A stretch of 64,000 nucleotides of DNA from a virus, in IMG/VR virus record IMGVR_UViG_3300032024_000295; one strand, given 5' to 3'. Of the stretch, positions 55,206 to 62,974 are shown one piece after another (within the stretch, counting starts at the first letter, position 1; the number at the start of each line of letters is the position of its first letter). Under the pieces are notes generated by a model. That model worked only from the letters and a program-made list of their open reading frames with translations. It had not been told where the DNA came from and did no database searches. The position numbers and the translations under genes are program-made.

Positions 55206-56336
55206 CTAAAAGAAGAACTGCATATCGTTTTTGCGCATATAGTCGGTTATCCTGTTGATCCGTTCGGCTTTGATAGCCTCACCGATTGCTTTGCCTTTCA
55301 AGGTCGACCTTTGGTCTTCAGTCAAGGACTCGAAGCTAACGCTCAAGTACTCGAAGTGCAATCTCAACATCACCGACGGTTCGATAGCCAAGTTGGGGTG
55401 TATGATCTCAAACATAGCCTGAGCCTCCCACAACCGACCACCAGAGTAAGAGCCTTTAATCACATCAAACAACTCAACGATCGATCTGGCACTCGAACTA
55501 CCACAGGCAGTTCGAAACTCAAAAGCGTCTTTTGCCAACTGTTTGACTTCGTTTGGGATTTTCATCCTTTCGGAAATTTCGTCAATGGCTTCTTTACGAA
55601 CCGCCAACATCAGCAAGTAGGCCATCCGCTGAGTAGGTGATTCCAAATCGGTCAAGGTATTGATGACTGGAATAATAGCTCTAACTGAATGGCTCATTAT
55701 AGCTTCGTACAACTCTGGAAATACCACCTTCAATGCACCTGAATGTTTCAAACATGCGATGAATCTGAATGGATCGGCCTCAGACATTGCTTTAATGAAC
55801 TCCAAGTAGATGCGCTCTTTAGACAAGTGCTCCAATTCTTTCGCATCAACAATGTCTTTCATCAGCTCCATTGTTTCATCTGCGATTTTGAAGCCTTTAT
55901 AGCGAGCCACAAATCGAGCCACTCTCAGCACTCTCAATGGGTCTTCAGCGAAGGCGGTAGTTGTGTGTCTCAAGATACCCGCGCTCAAATCTGGATAACC
56001 ATTAAATGGGTCGATGATGTTGCCTTCATCATCCATAGCCATCGCATTGATGGTCAAATCCCGCCTCGACAAATCCTCTTTCAAGGTAACTGACACATCA
56101 AACTCGGTCTCAAAGCCATGATAGCCTGCAGCAACCTTACGTTCTCTGCGAGCCAATGCGTACTCTTCTCGAGTTTCAGGGTGCAAAAAAACGGGAAAGT
56201 CGGCGCCGACTTGAACGAAGCCATCAGCCAACATCTCTTCAGGAGTGGCACCTACGACAACATAGTCGATATCTTTAGCAACACGACCCAACAGTCTGTC
56301 CCTCACATATCCGCCACAAATAAAAATTTTTTTCAT
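55206..56336 (-). CDS. cca: CCA-adding tRNA nucleotidyltransferase (lacks an obvious HD motif)
   Basis: GGYVRDRLLG..DIDYVV, VGADFPVFLHP..EEYALARRERK, EDL.RRDLTINAMA, EDPLRVLRVARF. Confidence 0.95.
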   Translation of the reverse strand: MKKIFICGGYVRDRLLGRVAKDIDYVVVGATPEEMLADGFVQVGADFPVFLHPETREEYALARRERKVAAGYHGFETEFDVSVTLKEDLSRRDLTINAMAMDDEGNIIDPFNGYPDLSAGILRHTTTAFAEDPLRVLRVARFVARYKGFKIADETMELMKDIVDAKELEHLSKERIYLEFIKAMSEADPFRFIACLKHSGALKVVFPELYEAIMSHSVRAIIPVINTLTDLESPTQRMAYLLMLAVRKEAIDEISERMKIPNEVKQLAKDAFEFRTACGSSSARSIVELFDVIKGSYSGGRLWEAQAMFEIIHPNLAIEPSVMLRLHFEYLSVSFESLTEDQRSTLKGKAIGEAIKAERINRITDYMRKNDMQFFF

Positions 56337-56500
56337 CTTACTTAACTCCTAAAATCAGGGCAACATTCACTGATATCAACAGCGGTATCCAAATGATTGC
56401 ATCTTTCAGAATGGATTTTTGGATAGGCGTTAAGTTCAAGTACCATTGTTGGATTTTGGCGATCATCTGAAGTGCTCCTCACTCTCTTTAATATTGATCT

Positions 56501-56545
56501 ATCATATCATATTGGCAGTAAATGTACACTGCTAAAAGTGTTAAC
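56501..56545 (-). promoter_or_regulatory. Early promoter TGTACA-16-TATGAT with GTTAAC box
   Basis: -10 at 56501-56506, -35 at 56523-56528, box at 56540-56545. Confidence 0.6.
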
Positions 56546-56547
56546 TG

Positions 56548-56736
56548 CTACTCACTTTTGGTAAAGAAGCAGTCTGGGATAGTGGTGTTATCAACCTTCA
56601 ACTCTGCAACGTCTTCGTAATGACCTGAATACTGTTCGAGGGCTTCATCGATAGCGGCATTCCAGATAAACATCGCCTGATGTTTGCTTACGACTAAATT
56701 AGCCATATACTTCTCATACACTTCTTCAAACTTCAT
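56548..56736 (-). CDS. Hypothetical protein
   Basis: ORF track. Confidence 0.45.
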   Translation of the reverse strand: MKFEEVYEKYMANLVVSKHQAMFIWNAAIDEALEQYSGHYEDVAELKVDNTTIPDCFFTKSE

Positions 56737-56886
56737 CTAACCTTTCTCCTTATCTTACTCGCATTGAATCTAATCTTTGGCCATCTTCTATCGCCAGTAG
56801 CCCACATCATTATGGTGTCTTGACGTGTTAGGTTTAAGTGTATCAGACCAACAATAAACCAAAAGCCGATAAAGTTGATAGCCCCT

Positions 56887-57123
56887 CTAACTTCGCTCTT
56901 GATACAGTTTGCGAAGAAGGTCTTCATATCTCGGGCGAAGCCACTTGACTGGAAACTTGATATCATACACCTCAACCATCTTTGCGGTTGGATGTTTTGG
57001 GACTTGCTCATAGATGACATTTATCCAAGCGTCTTCATTTATCCACCAACCAATATTGATACACTCACGATGGACTTCAATACCGTTTGCATCATAGAAA
57101 ATTGTGCGTGATAGTAGGCTCAT
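56887..57123 (-). CDS. Hypothetical protein
   Basis: ATGA-coupled to the upstream gene. Confidence 0.45.
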   Translation of the reverse strand: MSLLSRTIFYDANGIEVHRECINIGWWINEDAWINVIYEQVPKHPTAKMVEVYDIKFPVKWLRPRYEDLLRKLYQERS

Positions 57124-57332
57124 TGGTCTTCACTCCAGTATTTGCCACATTCAGGGCATTTGTGCTCAATCCAATAGCAATCTGCCGAAGGGTCATAATT
57201 GCCAGTGTTGGATTTGTATTTTGAGGTCTTGTTGGTATGAGGACACGTCTCTTGAAGATAGTGTAACTCTTGCTATAAGGACGCTATCTTCTTCTGAAGT
57301 CGCGTCCTGATTTTGGCAATATCAATTTGCAT
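57120..57332 (-). CDS. Small Cys/His protein with in-frame TAG at 57273-57275
   Basis: MQIDIAKIRTRLQKKIASL*QELHYLQETCPH..SNTGNYDPSADCYW..CPECGKYW. Confidence 0.6.
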
Positions 57333-57696
57333 ACTTTTCATTCTCACTTATTAAATGGACATATACTTTCAATTCCTTCTTGTTGGCTCTCGTAATCATA
57401 TCCTTGGTGCCTCGACTATGACCATCCCAGATAGCAATCAGACCATCTGCATAACAAGCCATCTCTTCATTGCGAATAAAACCTGCAGCTTTTTGATATT
57501 TGTCCCAGTCAGCGGGAAACTTCTTAACGGGGATATCAAACTCTTTGCCTAACCTTTCACCAAGACGATCGACCCCTCTTGCATCGCCAGATACAATCTC
57601 AGTTATGTCAAAGTTAGCAAACAAAACAGCCTTACAGACAGTCTCATAGTTGGTTATTTCTCTACCACCCGCGATAATCACTTTCATTATCCTCAT
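57322..57696 (-). CDS. YspA-like SLOG family protein (DUF2493)
   Basis: VIIAGGR, IVSGDARGVD, ADWDKY..AAG.IRN, WDG.SRGT. Confidence 0.85.
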   Translation of the reverse strand: MRIMKVIIAGGREITNYETVCKAVLFANFDITEIVSGDARGVDRLGERLGKEFDIPVKKFPADWDKYQKAAGFIRNEEMACYADGLIAIWDGHSRGTKDMITRANKKELKVYVHLISENEKYAN

Positions 57697-57847
57697 TCTC
57701 TCTTATCAAAATCTTTAAGGTTTCAATACACTTTCTACAACCTGTCCCCGCTCGAGTCCTACGCATTATTTCCTCTAAAGTTAAGCCTTCCCATACTAAT
57801 TCGGCAATAACTTTATCAGATACATTTGCACATACACATACTATCAT
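57662..57847 (-). CDS. bfd: Bacterioferritin-associated ferredoxin-like [2Fe-2S] protein
   Basis: MIVCVCANVSD ... AGTGCRKC. Confidence 0.85.
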   Translation of the reverse strand: MIVCVCANVSDKVIAELVWEGLTLEEIMRRTRAGTGCRKCIETLKILIRENEDNESDYRGW

Positions 57848-57856
57848 ACACAGATA

Positions 57857-58432
57857 TTAAAACGGGCTAACTGAATGACCCAGGAGAGTGAAATTAGGAA
57901 TAGATGGTGGGACTATCATCTTATAATGGGTAGTGCCCTCAGTGACACAGGTCCTATATTCTTCACGTAATATCATCAGCAATTCACCTAGTATATTATG
58001 ACCGGTCACTGTTAATCCATCCTCACTTGGCTTGGCACCCCAAAAATCATCCTTCTTACTAAACTCTACAATCTCTCTATCCCCAGTTTCAAGTAGCACT
58101 TCGCCAAATGTCTTAGTATGATTTGCAAGTTTCAGTCGCAACACCCACATCATGATGTCCATCTTGACCTCTTCAAAGTCGGCTCTCGTGTAGGTGTTGC
58201 GATACTTCTTAGAAGCCATCTTGGCCCCCATACCACCGCCCGCTGACAAGATTTCCTTCTGGATATCAGGATATTCCGTAAATCTCATGGCTTGATACAA
58301 ACTTTCAGTAGAGCAAACCGGCTTTTCCATAATACGACATGACAACACTCGAAATGGAAAGCCTCCAGTCATATTGCCAAATTCACCCCATTTTTCTTTA
58401 GCCTTTGAGAAAAAGACACACATCACTAACAT
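57857..58432 (-). CDS. NADAR (YbiA/DUF1768) family protein
   Basis: ESLYQAMRF, IM..VLRLKL, LL.TGDREIVE.S..D.FWG, N.LG.LLM..RE. Confidence 0.85.
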   Translation of the reverse strand: MLVMCVFFSKAKEKWGEFGNMTGGFPFRVLSCRIMEKPVCSTESLYQAMRFTEYPDIQKEILSAGGGMGAKMASKKYRNTYTRADFEEVKMDIMMWVLRLKLANHTKTFGEVLLETGDREIVEFSKKDDFWGAKPSEDGLTVTGHNILGELLMILREEYRTCVTEGTTHYKMIVPPSIPNFTLLGHSVSPF

Positions 58433-58736
58433 TATAAGTATTCATACGATTTACTTCTTCTTTTAATTTATTTTATCATAGTTTTATGGAAAAGTAAACA
58501 GATATGCGAAGGGACCTTTAAAGGCCCCTTTTATGTTTTAAACAGGGTGATGTGATAGCTTATAGCATTGCGCCTAAGATTTCGGCCAGAAGCTCAAGGA
58601 CTCCTGCGAAGATTTCTGCGCCACCTTCAGTACGATGGCCTTTAGACAGACGGGATAGTCCAAAAATAATTAACACAACTGCAACAACTGCAAAAATAGT
58701 CAACTTCATATGGTGAAACCGTGAATCTTTGCGATA

Positions 58737-58943
58737 TTAATACCTATGATAAACACTGTGATTGTTACGATTATGTTGCGATATAATAAAAGGCATAGTA
58801 GGTGATACTGCACACATAATCAAACCTAAAAAGCCAAACCCTAATGATGCAAATTGCATATTCATCTCTATTCCTATTGTATAAAATTCGGGGACCTCAG
58901 TATTGAGCACTGTTAGTGTAGACGTCCGTGAGGTCCAATTCAT
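58737..58943 (-). CDS. Small membrane protein (start uncertain)
   Basis: Hydrophobic segment. Confidence 0.35.
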   Translation of the reverse strand: MNWTSRTSTLTVLNTEVPEFYTIGIEMNMQFASLGFGFLGLIMCAVSPTMPFIISQHNRNNHSVYHRY

Positions 58944-58946
58944 TAT

Positions 58947-59252
58947 TTATATTTCGTATACTCTACTGACTTTATCAGCAAACAGCCAGAGTGTATTATC
59001 GCCATTGATATGGTCGGGGCATTCCATAATAGAAAACTCATAGCAGTTTTCTTCATATTCAGGGTCAGCAAACGTGGCAGGTTTCATTTTCTTGATATAT
59101 CGGCCAGTTGGTTCTAAGATAAACACATTGGCTTTTTCTTCAAAGTGGTATGAAATGCCATATTCAATTCCTTGGTTCTTAGCAATATTAACTGTCATCG
59201 TATTATCTCTCTCTTCTGGTAGTTCAAGTTTATAAGTCATTGTATTTTTCAC
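58947..59252 (-). CDS. Hypothetical protein
   Basis: ORF in operon. Confidence 0.5.
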   Translation of the reverse strand: MKNTMTYKLELPEERDNTMTVNIAKNQGIEYGISYHFEEKANVFILEPTGRYIKKMKPATFADPEYEENCYEFSIMECPDHINGDNTLWLFADKVSRVYEI

Positions 59253-60021
59253 GCACTGAATTCAAATGCTCTTGGTCCATAACTTTACCGAAGGTGTTAA
59301 CTGCCAAGAAGGCAGCGTATTTTTCTTTTTCAGTAGAATCTTCTGACATGATACCCAATGAGATGCCATATTGATCGAAATGGATTCGGTCACGAAAAGA
59401 AAGTTGAGAGTAGTAAACACCTTTGTAAGGGAAGCGGTCTTCGTAGAATTCAACCAATGCAGTTAGACGTTGTTTACCATCGATAACTTCGTACATTTTA
59501 CTATATGCTTCGAAAGGGCGTTTTGCCAATACGAACAAACCGATGGTGATGTTGTTGAAGATCGAATCGATCAATTTTTCTTTATCTTCTTGAGACCAAA
59601 CGTAATCACGTTGATACTCAGGAGAAAAGTCAACACCTGCATAATCATACAGGACGATTGAAAGCAGACCATCAATATCGCGGTTTGATTGGCTCATACG
59701 ATATGCAATAGGCACAGTGAAAGAAGTTTCTACACGTGAGTTCAGTTTTTCCAGTTGATGCCAGCAAACGATTTGCTCTTGAGAGTATTCAGTTGGTGTT
59801 CCATAGCTGTTTTTGGTGCCAAAAACATGAACTTTGTAAGCAACACCATCATCGTAGACTTCCAAGATTTCAGTGTTACAGTGGTTGCCATAGCGAACTG
59901 CTTCGCCAACTTCAAAAGTACGAGTAGGTTTGAAACCATCGCGAACTCGCCAATCTTTATCAGAACGTGGATTATATACGATAGGTGCGGGACTTCTACT
60001 TTTTTTTGCTTTAGCAGCCAT
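59230..60021 (-). CDS. DUF262 (ParB/GmrS-like) domain protein
   Basis: PEYQRDYVWS..LIDSI..YEVIDGKQRLT. Confidence 0.85.
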   Translation of the reverse strand: MAAKAKKSRSPAPIVYNPRSDKDWRVRDGFKPTRTFEVGEAVRYGNHCNTEILEVYDDGVAYKVHVFGTKNSYGTPTEYSQEQIVCWHQLEKLNSRVETSFTVPIAYRMSQSNRDIDGLLSIVLYDYAGVDFSPEYQRDYVWSQEDKEKLIDSIFNNITIGLFVLAKRPFEAYSKMYEVIDGKQRLTALVEFYEDRFPYKGVYYSQLSFRDRIHFDQYGISLGIMSEDSTEKEKYAAFLAVNTFGKVMDQEHLNSVREKYNDL

Positions 60022-60057
60022 TATCTTTCTCCATAGCTTTCTTCAGAATATGAAACA

Positions 60058-60108
60058 ATTATAAACTGTTTTCCGTGAAAGTAAACAACTATAAGTGTTA
60101 AGCGCTTA
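60058..60108 (-). promoter_or_regulatory. Early promoter TTTACT-16-TATAAT with upstream palindrome GTGTTAAGCGCTTAACAC
   Basis: -10 at 60058-60063, -35 at 60080-60085. Confidence 0.6.
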
Positions 60109-60147
60109 ACACTTTCTCGCTAGCATATTCTTCAATTAGCAAATTTG

Positions 60148-60225
60148 CTCTGCCTGAGAGACTCGAACTCCCCTATACCGACTGGCCAGTCGGTAACTGT
60201 TGACCCTGTAGCTATTACAGGCAGA
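60148..60225 (-). tRNA. Atypical tRNA-like element (8-bp acceptor, 4-bp T stem); anticodon unassignable
   Basis: TCTGCCTG/CAGGCAGA, GGAG-TTCGAGT-CTCT, palindromic arm TACCGACT-GGCC-AGTCGGTA. Confidence 0.5.
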
Positions 60226-60232
60226 ATAAAAT

Positions 60233-60321
60233 TGAAGCGGCAAGTGGGAATCGAACCAAAGACCCGTCGGTCTCACTCCGCTCGGTTAGGTGCCGAGCGC
60301 ATCGCCTAGTGCTTTCGCCGC
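60233..60321 (-). tRNA. Atypical tRNA with CCU anticodon and long variable arm
   Basis: CTCGG-CACCTAA-CCGAG, CGG/CCG variable stem, GCGGCGA/TTGCCGC acceptor, mispaired T stem. Confidence 0.55.
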
Positions 60322-60509
60322 ATAGTTTATTCTTCAATTGGGAAAAAGGACTCACATGGTTCGTTATTATCTCTGCAAATGTGACAACAATACCAGACTT
60401 CCCACGTATCACCGCCAACATTTACTTCTTCCCAATGGCCTGTACCGGACTCAGGATGGTTAGTACCTTTGAACGGCGTATCGCAATGAGTACAATAAAG
60501 AGCCATATT

Positions 60510-60914
60510 CTACACCTTTTGAAGTCTATCAAAAACGTCATCCATTGATAATACTTCACCGGTATCTTCATCTTTAACGTGAGACGCATTACGTTCAAAC
60601 ATCCACCACAGCAACATTAAATCATCATAATTTGATATAATCCACTTTTTAACTTGTTTCACATCATCATTTGGTATTTTAACTGCGTCAGGGTTTGACA
60701 TTAGTTTTGGGTCTTTGTTATCAATAGATAAAACAAAATAATTAGTTTCTCTCCATCGTCCTTTTATGTTAGACACCTTAACTCGTGGACCATGTTGTCC
60801 ACCAATTCTACCAATCCAGATAACATACTCTAACCCAGTTTCATTAGGACGAAGATTAGCCATTTCAAATAGCGGATAATTGTCAACGTCTGTACAAATT
60901 TCTGTAAGTTTCAT
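60510..60914 (-). CDS. Phage hypothetical (LFEMANL..TGL family), MKLTEIC leader
   Basis: Start revised to 60914 (the ORF-track start lies in tRNA-Gly); paralog of 44115-44474. Confidence 0.65.
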   Translation of the reverse strand: MKLTEICTDVDNYPLFEMANLRPNETGLEYVIWIGRIGGQHGPRVKVSNIKGRWRETNYFVLSIDNKDPKLMSNPDAVKIPNDDVKQVKKWIISNYDDLMLLWWMFERNASHVKDEDTGEVLSMDDVFDRLQKV

Positions 60915-60929
60915 GGTACTGTGAATGAG

Positions 60930-61005
60930 TGGAGCAGGTGACAAGCTTCGAACTTGCAACATCCGACTTGGAAGGACGACGCTCTACCAACTAAGCTATG
61001 GCGGC
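60930..61005 (-). tRNA. Chimeric tRNA-Gly(UCC)
   Basis: D arm, T arm, TCC loop, U73 and CCA intact; acceptor GCCGCCA/CACCTGC has 4 mismatches. Confidence 0.6.
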
Positions 61006-61006
61006 A

Positions 61007-61219
61007 TTATTTTCTTAAATTCTTTTCACCCAATACAATCATTCCAACAAACAGTATTAGAAATATTCCAAACAATCCAACACCTATGAAATCTTGATGC
61101 TGCTTTTCAGCTATCTGTTCAGAAGTTAATGCTGGTTGTTCAGTACTTGTAGTTGTACTATCATCAAGTACTGCTCCCCAATACATCATACTTTGTGCAT
61201 TCGAAAAATCAACTGGCAT
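61007..61219 (-). CDS. Small membrane protein
   Basis: C-terminal TM helix. Confidence 0.5.
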   Translation of the reverse strand: MPVDFSNAQSMMYWGAVLDDSTTTSTEQPALTSEQIAEKQHQDFIGVGLFGIFLILFVGMIVLGEKNLRK

Positions 61220-62027
61220 TGTATTTTTTATCCCATTTTTGTATTCGTTCTAAAAGCTCTTCTAGAGCAATAGAGTTCTTTAAGCCTTTAGACATATTGT
61301 CATTGTGTCGAACTAATCTGCAATTAGCTGGATGAGCTAAGATGTTAGGATCAATTACGTTTTCATGACCATATTTTACACTTACCATATGATCACGACT
61401 AACACCATTCAAATTATTCCCGGCATTAGAAAGATTATACCAACCAATTTCATTTACTAAAGATAAATCAAATTCTTCTGGATAATCTTCACATGTAAAT
61501 CTAAATGCAGCTAATATTCGATATTTTGATATGTTATCTGCTTTTGCTAATTTATAATCATTTTTGCATTTATCACGACAAAACTTTTTAAGCTTAGCAT
61601 TTTTTCCTATTAACTGTGTCTGAAATTCTTTACTGCAATAAATGCACTTTTCGGTCTCATATCTAATATGAGCAAATACCCGTCCTTTTAATGCGATTGA
61701 TTTTTTCTTACGTGTTTCTTCAGAATCCTTTTTATTTTTATTAGAATATGAAGCTGAACACGAACTATTGCAAAACTTACCATTACGTTTATCAAATGCT
61801 AAAATAGCATTGCAGCACAAACACCGTTTAGGATTAAGAAGATATTTTTGTTCTTTATTAAACTTCTTATCCTGTTTAGTTTTTGCTACTTTATCATAGC
61901 TTCCATTGTTACCCTGACAATACTGTGTTTTTCCTAAGTGTGCTCTATCAACATGAGTAAAAATGCCTTTGACACTTTTGACTTCATGACAATAAATGCA
62001 ACTACATAAATTACTAGGCTGTTTCAT
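61209..62027 (-). CDS. HNH homing endonuclease
   Basis: Multiple CxxC; RDHMVS..HPANC.LV.HNDN.SK; TATAAATA at 62055-62062. Confidence 0.75.
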   Translation of the reverse strand: MKQPSNLCSCIYCHEVKSVKGIFTHVDRAHLGKTQYCQGNNGSYDKVAKTKQDKKFNKEQKYLLNPKRCLCCNAILAFDKRNGKFCNSSCSASYSNKNKKDSEETRKKKSIALKGRVFAHIRYETEKCIYCSKEFQTQLIGKNAKLKKFCRDKCKNDYKLAKADNISKYRILAAFRFTCEDYPEEFDLSLVNEIGWYNLSNAGNNLNGVSRDHMVSVKYGHENVIDPNILAHPANCRLVRHNDNMSKGLKNSIALEELLERIQKWDKKYNAS

Positions 62028-62103
62028 AATACTCCAAAAATAAACTTTACATTCTATTTATAGATTTGGTGGATAAATCTATTTTCGAACCTAAGTACAT
62101 TTT

Positions 62104-62176
62104 TGGAGTATAGCGGACTCGAACCGCTCAGGCTAGGATCTTGCAAGGATCCTCCGGGTGCCCATGCCCATACCCC
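62104..62176 (-). tRNA. tRNA-Ala(UGC), atypical D arm, no encoded CCA
   Basis: G3:U70 pair in GGGGTAT/ATACTCC; AGGATC-CTTGCAA-GATCCT; A73. Confidence 0.85.
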
Positions 62177-62528
62177 AATAAATTACATTGGCAATTTTAT
62201 ATAGCGACGCCAAAAACCGCGTTTACTCGTTGTGGCCATTTATATAGACGCTGCCACTAGCGCCATTGTCCCAATATAACATTAACAAACAAAAAATAGA
62301 TTTCCAGTTTAATCACCAAAAGATAATGAAAATCGAGCGGTTTGTCAAATCTTTTAATAGTAGACCGAATGTAAAATCTCACTCGATCTTTCTAATTGTT
62401 TTAGCATATTCGCTAGGGCTTCAGATTGTGTGTTTTTCCAGAGCCACTACTAACTTTTAACATTCCAGAATATTGTTGACGACAAGTCCAAAGTTTAGTG
62501 TTTGGGTCTTGACTATAAACATAATCCA

Positions 62529-62862
62529 TTATTTAGAAACCTCAAGTAATAAGTAAATACTACCATTATAAAACTGAGTGCCAACTTTCAACAGTTTAGC
62601 ATACCCGGCTCTCTTGATGTATTCTTCAGGAGACAAACAATAGCAATGAAGCTGTTGATTGAATCCAATGCTAGTATCAACTGCACATGAAGCTGACCTT
62701 TCTTCCTTGCACGAAATAACATCATTCGTATCTGATACAACAGTAGCACTTTGCTTAAGTGATTCTTTACTTCCATCAGAAGTAAGAGCCGCCCCCAACT
62801 AACATACCTGTTATAAACCCTGCATTTGCTTCTGATTGAAACATTAATTGTAGCTTCTGCAT
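62529..62862 (-). CDS. Hypothetical protein frameshifted at a G5 run (62792-62796)
   Basis: MQKLQLMF...GMLVG|AALTSDGSK joins by removing one G; AAGGAG SD. Confidence 0.5.
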
Positions 62863-62974
62863 TCTACTCCTTCAAATCATGACTAAGAAGTTTCGACTTT
62901 CATTTCGTCCAAGACAAATTTAATTAATCTCTCTTCTTCAATTCAACTAACTGGGATAATTATACTACAGTTGT

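Noticed and set aside
33-62460. Numerous short plus-strand or nested ORFs in the six-frame track (e.g. 765-1112, 21499-21852, 55167-55640, 48417-48767)
   Set aside because: Antisense shadows of confident minus-strand genes with no recognisable motifs or RBS.
62180-62460. Possible degraded membrane-protein gene or short repeats (ATTTTATATAG / ATTTATATAG) upstream of tRNA-Ala
   Set aside because: Multiple stops in all minus-strand frames and the repeats are too short or degenerate to support a call.
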